Assembly (NCBI GenBank): GCA_002772895.1 | Contig: PFCS01000006.1 | Span: 1 to 54,630 of the forward strand | Direction: 5' to 3' | DNA: 54,630 nt | Source: Parcubacteria group bacterium CG10_big_fil_rev_8_21_14_0_10_36_14 | Lineage (GTDB): Bacteria > Patescibacteriota > Patescibacteriia > GCA-002772895 | Shown here: positions 8,984-19,270 of the stretch, one piece after another | Numbering within the stretch: the first letter of the stretch is position 1 | Layout: each line of letters opens with the position of its first letter | Notes under the pieces: generated by a model | What the model was told of the DNA's origin: nothing | The model's input: only the letters and a program-made list of their open reading frames with translations | Database searches by the model: none | Made by a program: the position numbers and the translations under genes

Positions 8984-9490
8984 ATGCCAAAAACAAAAGA
9001 ACAAAAAAAACAAGAAGTGGAAATACTGGTTCAAAAATTACAGGATAATAAGTCTGTTGTTTTTGCAAATTATAATGGCTTGAAGGTAAAAGATACAGAA
9101 GCGCTTCGGGCAAAATGTCGTGAAAATAATCTTCAATGCGGAATGGCAAAAAAGAATTTATTAAAGCTCGTCTTAAAAGATTTGGGAATTGAAAACCCGG
9201 AACTTACAGGCGAAGTTATAGCTTTTTTTGGTAACGATGAAGTTCTTCCGGCAAAAACAGCATCCGAATTTGCTAAAACTCATGAGGCATTAAAAATCGT
9301 CGCCGGAATTGTAGATGGAAAATTTGCAACAAAGGCAGATGTTGTAGCGTTATCAAAACTTCCTTCAAGAGAAGAACTATTGGCAAAGATGGTTGGAAGC
9401 ATAAATGCTCCGATTTCTGGATTTGTCAATGTGTTAGCCGGCAATCTTCGCAATCTTGTATACGTTTTAAATGCAGTAGCTAATAAATAA
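8984..9490 (+). CDS. rplJ: 50S ribosomal protein L10
   Basis: The translation resembles the L10 family, and the gene lies directly before rplL. Confidence 0.9.
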   Translation: MPKTKEQKKQEVEILVQKLQDNKSVVFANYNGLKVKDTEALRAKCRENNLQCGMAKKNLLKLVLKDLGIENPELTGEVIAFFGNDEVLPAKTASEFAKTHEALKIVAGIVDGKFATKADVVALSKLPSREELLAKMVGSINAPISGFVNVLAGNLRNLVYVLNAVANK

Positions 9491-9502
9491 ATAATAAACA
9501 TT

Positions 9503-9904
9503 ATGTCAGAAGAAAAAACACAAGTTGAAGTGCCTGAAAAATTTAAGGCATTAGTGGAACAGATTGAAACTCTTTCTGTTCTAGAACTTTCAGAACTTGT
9601 AAAAGTTTTGGAAGAAAAATTTGGAGTTAGCGCAGCCGCTCCAATGGCCGTAGCTGCAGTAGCAGGCGGTGCAGTAGAAGCTGCAGAAGAAAAAACAGAA
9701 TTTGACGTAGAGCTTGTTGCCGCAGGCGACAACAAAATCAGCGTTATTAAAGTTGTAAAAGAAATTACCGGTCTTGGCCTAAAAGATGCCAAGGATTTGG
9801 TAGATGGCGCGCCAAAAGTTCTTAAAGAAAAATTAAAGAAAGAAGAAGCAGAAAGCATGAAGGCAAAATTAGTAGAAGCAGGCGCAACAGTAAATTTGAA
9901 GTAA
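9503..9904 (+). CDS. rplL: 50S ribosomal protein L7/L12
   Basis: Ala-rich hinge [13 protein letters not shown] and C-terminal [23 protein letters not shown]. Confidence 0.95.
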   Translation: MSEEKTQVEVPEKFKALVEQIETLSVLELSELVKVLEEKFGVSAAAPMAVAAVAGGAVEAAEEKTEFDVELVAAGDNKISVIKVVKEITGLGLKDAKDLVDGAPKVLKEKLKKEEAESMKAKLVEAGATVNLK

Positions 9905-9926
9905 TTTTCATAACATCTAATATAAG

Positions 9927-9957
9927 ACCACTCCGGATTTCTGGGGTGGTTTTATAT
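9927..9957 (+). terminator. intrinsic terminator after rplL
   Basis: Hairpin accactcc-ggatttct-ggggtggt (one G-U pair) followed by tttatattt. Confidence 0.6.
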
Positions 9958-10018
9958 TTGGCGATTTTATGGTAATTTAATACTAAATACTAACTAGCAA
10001 GTATTGATTGCTATTTTT

Positions 10019-11254
10019 ATGGATTTATTTGATAAAAATCTAAATCAAAATCAGCCGTTGCCAGACAGATTACGCCCAAAAACATTGGATGATTTTTTTG
10101 GACAGCAACATTTAGTCGGTAAAGACGCACCTCTTCGCAAAATGATAGAAGCGGACGATATACCTTCTATGATTTTTTGGGGACCTCCTGGAACCGGAAA
10201 AACCACGTTATCAGAAATTATTGCTATGCGGACAGGAGCGCATTTTAAGGCGCTTTCTGCCACTTCAAGCGGAAAGAAGGATTTGCAGATAGTTATAGAA
10301 GAGGCAAATAACCGCTTAAAACTTCAGAATAAAAAAACTATTCTTTTTGTTGATGAAATACATCGTTGGAATAAAGCGCAACAAGATGCCCTCTTGCCTT
10401 ATGTGGAAAAGGGCATAATTACACTTATTGGCGCGACAACAGAAAATCCTTCTTTTGAAATAGTTGGCGCTTTACTTTCCAGAACACGCGTATTTGCCCT
10501 CAATCAATTAGAAAAAGACGATTTGCTTGCTATTTTAAAGAACGCGCTTAGGCTTTATTTTAGGAATGGGACAAAGATGCAGTTTGAAGAAGGCGCGCCG
10601 TCTCTTTTGATTGGATTGGCAGGAGGGGATGCGCGCGCGCTTTTAGGCGCTTTGGAGATTGTTATAAAACTGAAAAAAGAAAAAAATAATGCTATAATTA
10701 AAAAAGAAGATATAAAAAATGCATATTTGAATGCCAATCTTTTTTATGACAAAGCAGGGGAAGAGCACTACAATATAGTTTCTGCTTTGCATAAATCAAT
10801 GCGCGGAAGTGATGCCAATGCCGCGCTTTACTGGCTTGGAAGAATGCTTACGGCCGGAGAAAACCCACTCTATATCGCCCGTCGTTTAGTACGTTTTGCG
10901 TCAGAAGATATTGGGCTTGCTGACCCGAACGCTTTAACTCAAGCGGTAGCGAGTTATCAGGCAACTCATTTTTTAGGAATGCCGGAATGTAACACAGCTC
11001 TTGCCCAGGCAGTTGTTTATATGGCTCGGGCACCAAAGTCAAATGAGCTTTATAAGGCATACAATGAAGCTGAAAAAGATATACGCGAAATGCCTCGTGA
11101 ACCCGTTCCACTGCATTTGCGTAATGCGCCGACAGAATTAATGAAGGATTTGGATTATGGCAAAGGAAATAAGTATAATCCAGATTGCGATGGTTGGGTA
11201 GAGCAAGAATATATGCCACCGAGTTTAAAAAATAAAAAATATTTCAATGAATAA
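10019..11254 (+). CDS. rarA: replication-associated recombination protein A (RarA/MgsA AAA+ ATPase)
   Basis: GPPGTGKTT Walker A, VDEIHR, and C-terminal MgsA-type region. ATG 10019 is preferred to the TTG at 10004. Confidence 0.9.
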   Translation: MDLFDKNLNQNQPLPDRLRPKTLDDFFGQQHLVGKDAPLRKMIEADDIPSMIFWGPPGTGKTTLSEIIAMRTGAHFKALSATSSGKKDLQIVIEEANNRLKLQNKKTILFVDEIHRWNKAQQDALLPYVEKGIITLIGATTENPSFEIVGALLSRTRVFALNQLEKDDLLAILKNALRLYFRNGTKMQFEEGAPSLLIGLAGGDARALLGALEIVIKLKKEKNNAIIKKEDIKNAYLNANLFYDKAGEEHYNIVSALHKSMRGSDANAALYWLGRMLTAGENPLYIARRLVRFASEDIGLADPNALTQAVASYQATHFLGMPECNTALAQAVVYMARAPKSNELYKAYNEAEKDIREMPREPVPLHLRNAPTELMKDLDYGKGNKYNPDCDGWVEQEYMPPSLKNKKYFNE

Positions 11255-12971
11255 AAGGCGAAAAGGAATAGTTGGCGATAAGCGTATATTAACGCTCACG
11301 CTGGTGATATTGTGTATTGCCGGAATAATTATTCTACGCCTTTTTTCTTTACAAATTTTAAGTGGAAAAAAATATAAAGAGATTGCCAGTGGAACTCATA
11401 ATATTTCCGCGAGTTTAAAAGCGGAGAGAGGAAGTATTTTTGCTAAAGAATTTGGTAATGAAGATCTTTATCCCGTGGCCTCCAATAAAACTTTATATTT
11501 AGTTTATGCTGAGCCGTCAAAAATTCAAAATAAAACATTGGCTGTAAAGGTTTTATCTGAGACGCTAGGCATTGATGCGGTAAAGCTTAAGGGAATTATT
11601 TTAAAGAATGATCCATATGAACCAATAGCTCATTATATTTCAAAAGAAACAATAGAAAAAATAAAAGAATACAGCGTTGCAGGAATTGGCTTTGAAGAAG
11701 AGATAAAGAGATATTACCCGGAAAAAAGTTTCGGTGGACAGATTTTGGGTTTTGTCGGGTTTGATGCTGTAGCGCAGAGTGGAAGATATGGGCTTGAAGG
11801 TTATTTTGAAAAAGAACTTTCTGGTAGATCTGGATATTTAAGTGGAGAAAAAGATGGATTTGGTCGACTTATACCCTGGGGTAACGAAGTTTTGGAAGAA
11901 GCGGAAAATGGAGTAGACTTAGTTTTAACGGTAGATAGGGGTATTCAGGCATATATCTGTAAAAAAATAGAAGAAGCAGTTTTAAAATATCAGGCAGAAT
12001 CTGGCACAATATTGGTGATGGATCCACATACCGGAGCAGTTATCGGAATGTGTGGAAGTCCGGATTATGACCCCAATGAATATAACAAAGTAAAGGATCA
12101 GTCGGTTTTTACTATTCCGGCAATTCTTAATCAATATGAGCCAGGCTCAGTTTTTAAGCCGATTACTGTTGCTTCTGCTTTAGATGCCGGTTTGATTAGT
12201 CCGGAATCAACCTATGAAGATACGGGTGAAGTAAAGATTGGTGTGTATACAATAAAAAATTCTGATTTAAAAGCCAATGGAGTGCAAACAATGGTTCAAG
12301 TTTTGGAAAAATCGTTGAATACTGGCGTTATTTATATCGTTGATCTTTTAGGAGCAAAAAAATTTCGTCAATATGTAGAAAATTTTGGTTTTGGAGATTT
12401 GACCGGAATCTCGCTTGACAAAGAATCAACCGGAGATGTAAGCTCATTAAAAAAATCAGGCGATATTTGGTCAGCAACCGCATCTTATGGTCAAGGTATT
12501 TTAGTAACTCCTCTTCAAATGCTTAATGCTTTTAATGCGCTTGTAAATGGAGGGTCATTGATGAAGCCATATATTGTTGAACAAATTATTTATTCAAATG
12601 GGAACATTGATAAAATACAACCAAAAATAATCAGACAGGTAATAAGTTCTAAAACTTCTACAATTATAAGTGGAATGTTGGCAAGCGTAGTGGAAAATGG
12701 ACACGCAAAGCAAGCCGCAGTAGAAGGGTATTATGTTGGAGGAAAGACAGGAACGGCGCAAATTTCTAAAAAAGGAACTGTCGGCTATGAAGAAGACAAG
12801 AAGATTGCGACTTTTGTTGGAATAGCGCCGGCAAGTAATCCGCGTTTCAGTGTGTTGGTCAGACTAGACAATCCTGAAGCAGCTGAATGGGCATCTAATT
12901 CCGCAGCCCCAGTTTTTAGAGATATTGCGCAATATATATTAAATTATTATCATGTTCCGCCAGAACGCTAA
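11247..12971 (+). CDS. class B penicillin-binding protein (FtsI/PBP2-type transpeptidase)
   Basis: TM anchor plus SxxK (SVFKP), SxN (SLNTG) and KTG (GGKTGTAQ) motifs. Confidence 0.85.
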   Translation: MNKRRKGIVGDKRILTLTLVILCIAGIIILRLFSLQILSGKKYKEIASGTHNISASLKAERGSIFAKEFGNEDLYPVASNKTLYLVYAEPSKIQNKTLAVKVLSETLGIDAVKLKGIILKNDPYEPIAHYISKETIEKIKEYSVAGIGFEEEIKRYYPEKSFGGQILGFVGFDAVAQSGRYGLEGYFEKELSGRSGYLSGEKDGFGRLIPWGNEVLEEAENGVDLVLTVDRGIQAYICKKIEEAVLKYQAESGTILVMDPHTGAVIGMCGSPDYDPNEYNKVKDQSVFTIPAILNQYEPGSVFKPITVASALDAGLISPESTYEDTGEVKIGVYTIKNSDLKANGVQTMVQVLEKSLNTGVIYIVDLLGAKKFRQYVENFGFGDLTGISLDKESTGDVSSLKKSGDIWSATASYGQGILVTPLQMLNAFNALVNGGSLMKPYIVEQIIYSNGNIDKIQPKIIRQVISSKTSTIISGMLASVVENGHAKQAAVEGYYVGGKTGTAQISKKGTVGYEEDKKIATFVGIAPASNPRFSVLVRLDNPEAAEWASNSAAPVFRDIAQYILNYYHVPPER

Positions 12972-13036
12972 TATCACAATCATCGATTTTCAATTATCAA
13001 TTAATGTATTTTCGCTATCGCGAAAATAGAATTATT

Positions 13037-14245
13037 ATGGTGAATCTTTTAAGAAAAATATTAAAGTTTTTTGCTAAAAATATACTCCAAAAATATCATC
13101 CGGAGATTATTGGTATTACTGGTTCTGTAGGTAAAACCTCTACAAAAGAAGCAATTTTTAATGTTTTGTCAGCTAAGTTTAATGTCCAGAGAACAGACGG
13201 AAACTATAATAATGAAATAGGCCTTCCGCTTACAATTATTGGTAAAAAAACAGCTGGAAAAAATGTTTTCGGTTGGCTTGTTATTTTTTTATCTGCCATG
13301 AAAACGATTTTAATAAAAGACAAAAATTATCCGGATATTTTAATTTTGGAAATGGCGGTAGATAAGCCGGGTGACATGGACTATCTTTTAGATTTTATTA
13401 AGCCGACAGTTGGAGTTTTAACTCGCATTGGACCGGTGCATTTGGAATCATTTAAAAGACAAGAGGCGATTTTGGAAGAAAAAGGAAAGCTTATAAAAAA
13501 ATTACCGCAAAATGGCTTTGCTATTTTAAATTATGACTATAAAGATGTGTTGGGAATGTGTGATGTTACAAAGGCAAAATGTATAACTTATGGAACGGAA
13601 GAAGGCGCTGATGTTTTGGCAAAAAATATATTAGTCGGAAGAAGTCAAACGAGCTTTTCTTTGGAATATAGAAATAAAAAAACATCAGTTATAATTCTAA
13701 ATTCTATTGGCAGGTCTTTGGTTTATGCGGTTTTGGCAGGTATTTGCGTTGGGCTTGCCAAGGGGATGGAACTTGAAAAAATAAAAGAATCACTAGTAAA
13801 CTATAGTGCGCTAAAAGGCAGAGGAGAACTTGTAAAGGGCATAAAAAATACAATATTTATCGATGAAAGCTATAACTCTTCTCCGCAATCAGTTGAAGCG
13901 GCTCTTCAAAATTTGAAAAATCTTGCGGGAAAAGGACGAACGATTGCTGTTTTGGGAGATATGCTGGAATTGGGAAATACAAGCAAAGACGCTCATCTTG
14001 ATATTGGAAATAAGGTTTGTGAGACGGGGATTAATTATCTTTTAACGGTTGGTAGTCGAGCAAAAGATATTGCAAAAGGATCGGAAAAAGCAGGAATGCA
14101 CAAAGATAAAATTTATAGTTTTGATAACAATCATGAGCTTGGAAGATTTTTGCAAGAAAAAATGGAAGAAGGGGATACGGTGCTGATTAAGGGTTCAAAT
14201 GCAATGCATATGAGCGAGATAGTGGAAGAGATAAGGGCAATATAA
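13037..14245 (+). CDS. murF: UDP-N-acetylmuramoyl-tripeptide--D-alanyl-D-alanine ligase
   Basis: GITGSVGKTSTKE P-loop and the MurF-typical NYNNEIGLPLT. Confidence 0.85.
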   Translation: MVNLLRKILKFFAKNILQKYHPEIIGITGSVGKTSTKEAIFNVLSAKFNVQRTDGNYNNEIGLPLTIIGKKTAGKNVFGWLVIFLSAMKTILIKDKNYPDILILEMAVDKPGDMDYLLDFIKPTVGVLTRIGPVHLESFKRQEAILEEKGKLIKKLPQNGFAILNYDYKDVLGMCDVTKAKCITYGTEEGADVLAKNILVGRSQTSFSLEYRNKKTSVIILNSIGRSLVYAVLAGICVGLAKGMELEKIKESLVNYSALKGRGELVKGIKNTIFIDESYNSSPQSVEAALQNLKNLAGKGRTIAVLGDMLELGNTSKDAHLDIGNKVCETGINYLLTVGSRAKDIAKGSEKAGMHKDKIYSFDNNHELGRFLQEKMEEGDTVLIKGSNAMHMSEIVEEIRAI

Positions 14246-14320
14246 ATTGCGTTGAAATTATCAATTATTAATTTTTTCATTATTAATGAATGAATCGCTT
14301 CGCGACAGAAAAATCAGCTT

Positions 14321-14349
14321 GACGTTTTGCTTATTTTGTGCTATATTTT
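14321..14349 (+). promoter_or_regulatory. sigma70 promoter for tRNA-Glu
   Basis: TTGACG, 17-nt spacer, TATATT, ~27 nt upstream of the tRNA 5' end. Confidence 0.6.
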
Positions 14350-14375
14350 ATTCGTAATTCGTAATTAATTTTCGC

Positions 14376-14450
14376 GCCGCTATCGTCTAACGGTTAGGAC
14401 GCCAGATTCTCAATCTGGCAATCGGGGTTCGATTCCCCGTAGCGGTACCA
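14376..14450 (+). tRNA. tRNA-Glu (anticodon CUC), CCA encoded
   Basis: A hand-folded cloverleaf was obtained. Acceptor gccgcta/tagcggt (G1-U72), D-arm gtct/ggac, anticodon stem ccaga/tctgg with loop ttCTCaa, T-arm cgggg-ttcgatt-ccccg. Confidence 0.9.
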
Positions 14451-14453
14451 ACT

Positions 14454-14482
14454 AAAAAATTTCACTTAATGTGGAATTTTTT
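14454..14482 (+). terminator. terminator after tRNA-Glu
   Basis: Hairpin aaaaaatttcac-ttaat-gtggaatttttt. Confidence 0.5.
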
Positions 14483-14587
14483 AGTTGATTATTTTTATGA
14501 GAAATCAAATCTCAATGAGGGGTTTAATTTTTTTCAGAATTTTATGAAGATAGACTACAAAAACCAGCGCGAAAGATTGTTTTTCTA

Positions 14588-14616
14588 TTGACAAAAAAAT
14601 AAAAAAAGAGTAGATT
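14588..14616 (+). promoter_or_regulatory. sigma70-like promoter
   Basis: TTGACA, 17-nt spacer, TAGATT. Confidence 0.5.
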
Positions 14617-14638
14617 AGGTTGTAGAAAGGAGGGTTTA

Positions 14639-15244
14639 GTGGAACAAGATAAGAAAATGGTGCGGGATTTTTACAACGAACACGCTCATATAAAAGCCAA
14701 GCAGTTTGCCGACTTGCGACCGGGAGGCAGGGCAAGAGACGTGGCCAGAGCTTTTTGGCTTTTTGACAAGGATTATCCAAGGGTAGTTGAAATAGGATGT
14801 GGAAATGGTAGAGAAGCAAAGTTGATTTTAAAACATACAAGCAATTATCTTGGTATTGATCTGTCACAGACAATGATAGAGTTGGCGAAAGAAAATAATC
14901 CGGGAGCCAACTTTTTGGTTATGGATGCTCAAGAGTTTTTATTTCCTGCTGAGGTGGATATTGTTTTTTCTTTTGCTTCTCTTCTGCACTGCGATATAGC
15001 AAAGGCAACTGCAATTCTTCGAGAAGCTTACGAGGCGCTAAGCATGAATGGAATTATCTATTTATCCTTAAAGTATGGAAAATATGAACGCGTGTTGAAA
15101 AGCGATTTGCTTGGCGTGACCCCGGTATATTTTTATACGCCAGAGCTTATTGTTCAAATGCTCGACAGTAAGATGTGGGTAATTTTTACAGAAGTAGAAG
15201 CGCTTTGGTCAACAAAATGGTTCACTATGATTTTGCAAAAATAA
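14639..15244 (+). CDS. class I SAM-dependent methyltransferase
   Basis: Motif I VVEIGCGNGREA. GTG start 5 nt after AGGAGGG. Confidence 0.75.
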   Translation: MEQDKKMVRDFYNEHAHIKAKQFADLRPGGRARDVARAFWLFDKDYPRVVEIGCGNGREAKLILKHTSNYLGIDLSQTMIELAKENNPGANFLVMDAQEFLFPAEVDIVFSFASLLHCDIAKATAILREAYEALSMNGIIYLSLKYGKYERVLKSDLLGVTPVYFYTPELIVQMLDSKMWVIFTEVEALWSTKWFTMILQK

Positions 15245-15245
15245 A

Positions 15246-15269
15246 AAACGGTCAAATTAATGACCGTTT
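15246..15269. terminator. bidirectional terminator between convergent genes
   Basis: Hairpin aaacggtca-aattaa-tgaccgttt with an A-run on one side. Confidence 0.5.
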
Positions 15270-15299
15270 AATTATAAGTATAGCATCAACAAAGATGAT

Positions 15300-16322
15300 T
15301 TATGTTGGAGGTTCGGGCGCTGCTGCGGCAGATCCTTGGACAGTCATTATATTTTCACTGCCGATGCGGATTTTTTTTATTTTTCCAACACTGTCTCCGC
15401 CAATCTGAAACGTAGCTCCGCCAGTTAATTCCATGGTAATTTCTTTGCAAGAAAAATCCCACAATTTTTTATCCGATAAAGTTCCCGTTAACACGTTGGT
15501 TATTTTTTTTGCTGCTTCATAAATTTCCATTGCGCAAACTCTTAATTGGAAATATCCTCCAAAAAGTGTAGAGGCTTGAGGGAATATCGGAACATCAAAT
15601 CCATAATATCGCACAGTTGAGGCGGCGGCAAAAAGATATGGACCTCTATAAAGAACTTCTCCTGGTTTTTTTGACGGTCCTACGCGTTTGCCATGAAAAT
15701 CAATTCTATAGGCCTTTGCTTCGCCATTTTTAATTATTATTTCAGGCAGTTTTTTGAGTAGATACGTCCAAAAAGCAATTGTTCCAGCAAAAGAATAGTC
15801 AATAACTCCGCGGTTCGTTTCAGTAATAAATGGTATAGAATTAAACAATTTTCTAATTGTCTTATAACTTCTAAGCATAGTTGCATCCAATCCTGTTCCG
15901 GCAAAGGGTGCATATTTTTTTCCGATTTTGAGAATTGGCATTTGGAAACGCGCCTCAGGGTTTTTTGCCTGTTGTAATTCTTGAATTAAATTTTTTTTAC
16001 TGAATGATGCAACACGGAGAGCTTCTGCGACTCCGTTGCCGGTTCCAAGACGTAGAACGCCAAATGCCGGTGTTTTAATTCTTTCACAATTTAGAACACC
16101 CGTTATTGTTTCTGCAAAAGTTCCGTCGCCTCCGGCAGAAAGAACAACATCAACCTCATTCTTAACAATTTTTTCAAAATTTTTTTTTGCTTCTTTTGGC
16201 GAGGACGAGATGTAAACGATTTCTTCAGTAGCAACTTCTTTTATATCTTGAATTATCTCGTTTGATACTGAGCGGGCATTTACGTTTATGACAATAGCCA
16301 CTTTTGGAATAGTGAGACTCAT
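15300..16322 (-). CDS. diacylglycerol/lipid kinase family protein (YegS/DAGK catalytic domain)
   Basis: SAGGDGTFAE and LGTGNG motifs. GGAGG lies 6 nt upstream of ATG 16322. Confidence 0.75.
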   Translation of the reverse strand: MSLTIPKVAIVINVNARSVSNEIIQDIKEVATEEIVYISSSPKEAKKNFEKIVKNEVDVVLSAGGDGTFAETITGVLNCERIKTPAFGVLRLGTGNGVAEALRVASFSKKNLIQELQQAKNPEARFQMPILKIGKKYAPFAGTGLDATMLRSYKTIRKLFNSIPFITETNRGVIDYSFAGTIAFWTYLLKKLPEIIIKNGEAKAYRIDFHGKRVGPSKKPGEVLYRGPYLFAAASTVRYYGFDVPIFPQASTLFGGYFQLRVCAMEIYEAAKKITNVLTGTLSDKKLWDFSCKEITMELTGGATFQIGGDSVGKIKKIRIGSENIMTVQGSAAAAPEPPT

Positions 16323-16388
16323 CACGATCCTCCTTTTATATAATGAGCTATAAGAGCAAGATAGAATAAAATAAAGAAAAAGTCAAAG

Positions 16389-16417
16389 TTGAATTTTGGA
16401 CAGCCAGCTGATAAGAT
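16389..16417 (+). promoter_or_regulatory. candidate promoter for yidC (leaderless geometry)
   Basis: TTGAAT, 17-nt spacer, TAAGAT. The -10 ends 8 nt before ATG 16426. Confidence 0.4.
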
Positions 16418-16425
16418 ATTTTTAT

Positions 16426-17166
16426 ATGATATCTTATGTCTGGAATGATTTTTTATTTAGACCGGTATTTAATATACTTATATATTTTTATAATGAAGTA
16501 ACTGGGCAAAATCTTGGCTTGGCGGTTATTTATCTAACCGTTCTTATTCGTATAGTTCTTTTGCCTTTCTCTGTAATCAGTGTCTGGAGAGAGGAATTTT
16601 ATAAAAAACTCTCAACTAAAATAGAAAAAATTTCTTTAGCTTATAAAAATGATCAAGTTCTTCAAAATCAAGAAATTAGAGAATTTCTTAAGACCCATAG
16701 AGTGAATACGTGGTCAAAGGCAATTGTTTTAGGAGTCCAGGCATTAACTCTTGTTTTACTTTATCAGGTTTTTTTGGGAGGAATAAAAGGCACAAAACTT
16801 AATTTGCTTTATGACTGGGTAGAACACCCTGATTTTGTAAACGTCATGTTTGTAAATTTTGACTTGGGCGCAAGAGGTTTTATTTGGCCGGCAATTGTCG
16901 CAATTTTTTTATTTTTTGAAATAAGCATAGAACAGAGGAAAAAAAAGGCAATACTTTTAAATTCTGACATTGTCTACAAGTATTTTTTTCCATTAGTTGT
17001 TTTTGGTTTTTTAACTCTTTTGCCGATGGTCAAGTCGTTATTTGTGTTGACTTCACTTGTATTCTCAGCTATTGTAGTAGGAGGAATAAAGGTGCTTTTT
17101 AATGCAATGGATAATTCTTCAAACAGTGTTAAAAAGCCAAAAACAATAAAGGCAGAGGAGGATTGA
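16426..17166 (+). CDS. yidC: membrane protein insertase YidC (short form)
   Basis: LAVIYLTVLIRIVLLPFS core helix and multi-TM Oxa1-like layout. ATG 16426 is preferred to the TTG at 16396. Confidence 0.8.
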   Translation: MISYVWNDFLFRPVFNILIYFYNEVTGQNLGLAVIYLTVLIRIVLLPFSVISVWREEFYKKLSTKIEKISLAYKNDQVLQNQEIREFLKTHRVNTWSKAIVLGVQALTLVLLYQVFLGGIKGTKLNLLYDWVEHPDFVNVMFVNFDLGARGFIWPAIVAIFLFFEISIEQRKKKAILLNSDIVYKYFFPLVVFGFLTLLPMVKSLFVLTSLVFSAIVVGGIKVLFNAMDNSSNSVKKPKTIKAEED

Positions 17167-17171
17167 TTTTT

Positions 17172-17795
17172 ATGGCAGATTCATTGGATAAAATTGTATA
17201 TTCGTTTGTAATGGAAGATGTCCTGAAAGGGCTTTTTATTCACGTGCCTCCAGGATACGTTGCTTGTGTTTATGATTTGGGACAAGGCGTTTTAAAAAAA
17301 GTTTTAACGCCAGGTTTGCATTTAAAAATTCCATTTTGGCAAAAAGCGAAGTTGTTTAATATCCAGACTCTTGAATACAGTATTAGTATGGATTTTAATC
17401 CAGAAAACATAAAAGGATTGGGAGACACGCCAATAAAATCAGTGACAAGCGATAATAAGATTATAAATATGGAAGGAACGATTCTTCTGCGCCTTGATAT
17501 GGAATACATCCCAATGATATGGCAGTGGGTTGGCGAGGATTTTGTCGCTAAGATTGTGAGACCCACAGTCAGAAGCCGTCTAAGAATGATATCTTCGCGT
17601 TATACACATAATGAGATTTTATCCGGCAAAAGAGATGAAGTAGAGGTAGATATCAAGCATGAGCTGGAACGAATTTTTTCTCCTCGCGGAATAAAAGTAG
17701 AGAATGTGCTTTTATCTGAAGTGTCTTTGGCTGAAAAAAATGAGATACAATATAAAAGTAATGATATGGAAAATTTTTATGAAAGCAGAAAATAA
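17172..17795 (+). CDS. SPFH/band-7 (prohibitin-like) domain protein
   Basis: SPFH-like sequence (GLHLKIPFWQKA...). GGAGG lies upstream of ATG 17172. Confidence 0.7.
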   Translation: MADSLDKIVYSFVMEDVLKGLFIHVPPGYVACVYDLGQGVLKKVLTPGLHLKIPFWQKAKLFNIQTLEYSISMDFNPENIKGLGDTPIKSVTSDNKIINMEGTILLRLDMEYIPMIWQWVGEDFVAKIVRPTVRSRLRMISSRYTHNEILSGKRDEVEVDIKHELERIFSPRGIKVENVLLSEVSLAEKNEIQYKSNDMENFYESRK

Positions 17796-19239
17796 ATATT
17801 ATATTACAACCCCGATTTATTATATCAATGATAAACCGCATATCGGTCATGCTTATACGACAATCGCGGTTGATGCGTTGGCAAGATATAATCGCCTAAA
17901 AGGGCGAGATGTTTTATTTTTGACTGGAACAGATGAAAATTCGCAAAAGAATATCAGCGCAGCGGAAAAATATTATCAAAAACAAGATTTATCAAAAGAG
18001 GAAGTGCGAAAATATTTAGATGATATGGCAGGTATTTGGAAAGAAACATGGAAAACTTTAGAACTTAGCAATAGCGATTTTATTCGAACTACCGATGATA
18101 GACATATAAAGGCAGTAAGGAAATTTTTTAAACTCGTTTGGGATAAGAATGATATTTATAAAGGTGTTTATGAGGGTTACTACTGTGAGGCTTGCGAAAC
18201 TTTTATAAAAGAATCGGATATGGACGACAATAAGTGTGTAATCCATAAAACAGCTCCAAAAAAAATAAAAGAAGAAAACTATTTTTTTCGCCTTTCAAAT
18301 TATCGCGAAAAACTTTTAGATTATATTGAAAAAAATCCTAACTTTATAATGCCGAAAGCGCGAAGAAATGAGGTCGTGAGCTATATAAAAGATTTTATGG
18401 AAGATACAAGCATCACACGAGAGGGGCTAAAGTGGGGAATTGAAGTTCCAGAAATGCCCGGGCAGGCGCTTTATGTTTGGTTTGATGCCCTCGTAAATTA
18501 TTTATCCGCAATCGGATTTACAGATGATAAAGAGATGTTTGCAAAGTATTGGCCAGTTGATTTGCATTTAGTTGGAAAGGATATAATAAAATTTCACTGC
18601 GCGCTTTGGCCGGCAATGCTTTTGTCGGCAGGGTTGCCTTTACCGCGCCAAGTATTTGCCCATGGATTTTTTTCAATTGATGGAGCAAAGATGTCTAAGA
18701 CGTTGGGAAATGTTGTAGATCCAATAGAGATTGCTAAAAAATATGGCAACGACACTTTGCGCTACTATCTGTTACGTGAAATACCGTTCGGTGAAGACGG
18801 TGATTTTTCTATTACTCGTTTGGAAGAAAGATATAATTCTGATTTGGCGAACGGCTTAGGAAACCTTGTTAGTCGCACGTTTGCTTTAGTGGAAAAACAT
18901 TTTGATAAAATTCCCGAATTAGAAAAAGTAGACTTGTCAGGATTTTGGAAAAAGTATGAAGAGAATATTGAAGGATTAAAGTTGCACAATGCGTTGTCGC
19001 TTGTTTGGGAAGAAATATCAAAATGTGATATAATAATAGATAAGGAAAAACCGTGGGAATTGGCAAAAAAAGATAAGAAAAAATTTGAAGAAATATTAGG
19101 CGATTTACTTTTCCGAATAAAAGTAATAGCTCAGGCGCTTTTGCCGTTTTTGCCGGATTCTTCGAAAAGGATTTTGGACGTATTAGAAGGCGCGGATACT
19201 TTTAAAGATAAGTCATTATTTCCTCGTCTAAATAAATAA
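17779..19239 (+). CDS. metG: methionine--tRNA ligase (short form, no C-terminal tRNA-binding domain)
   Basis: HIGH-type KPHIGHAYT, a CxxC zinc knuckle, and KMSKT. ATG 17779 gives MKAENKYYITTPIYY. Confidence 0.9.
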   Translation: MKAENKYYITTPIYYINDKPHIGHAYTTIAVDALARYNRLKGRDVLFLTGTDENSQKNISAAEKYYQKQDLSKEEVRKYLDDMAGIWKETWKTLELSNSDFIRTTDDRHIKAVRKFFKLVWDKNDIYKGVYEGYYCEACETFIKESDMDDNKCVIHKTAPKKIKEENYFFRLSNYREKLLDYIEKNPNFIMPKARRNEVVSYIKDFMEDTSITREGLKWGIEVPEMPGQALYVWFDALVNYLSAIGFTDDKEMFAKYWPVDLHLVGKDIIKFHCALWPAMLLSAGLPLPRQVFAHGFFSIDGAKMSKTLGNVVDPIEIAKKYGNDTLRYYLLREIPFGEDGDFSITRLEERYNSDLANGLGNLVSRTFALVEKHFDKIPELEKVDLSGFWKKYEENIEGLKLHNALSLVWEEISKCDIIIDKEKPWELAKKDKKKFEEILGDLLFRIKVIAQALLPFLPDSSKRILDVLEGADTFKDKSLFPRLNK

Positions 19240-19270
19240 TTTTAGAATCTTTGATTCATAATTTGTATTT

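Noticed and set aside
9280-9858. Long antisense ORFs opposite rplJ/rplL (also 26119-26529, 27339-27746, 39988-40422, 40705-41055, 14505-14873)
   Set aside because: They lie opposite well-supported conserved genes, and their translations are low-complexity (Ser/Phe/Ala runs). These are typical shadow ORFs.
12985-13006. AT-rich word repeats in spacers: caattatcaatta (12985-13006, 14255-14275), aattacgaat/ttcgtaattcgtaatt (5531-5550, 14351-14370), gttagc clusters (8942-8956, 34671-34700)
   Set aside because: These are short, imperfect and built from the dominant A/T composition. I cannot distinguish them from chance or low complexity without genome-wide counts.
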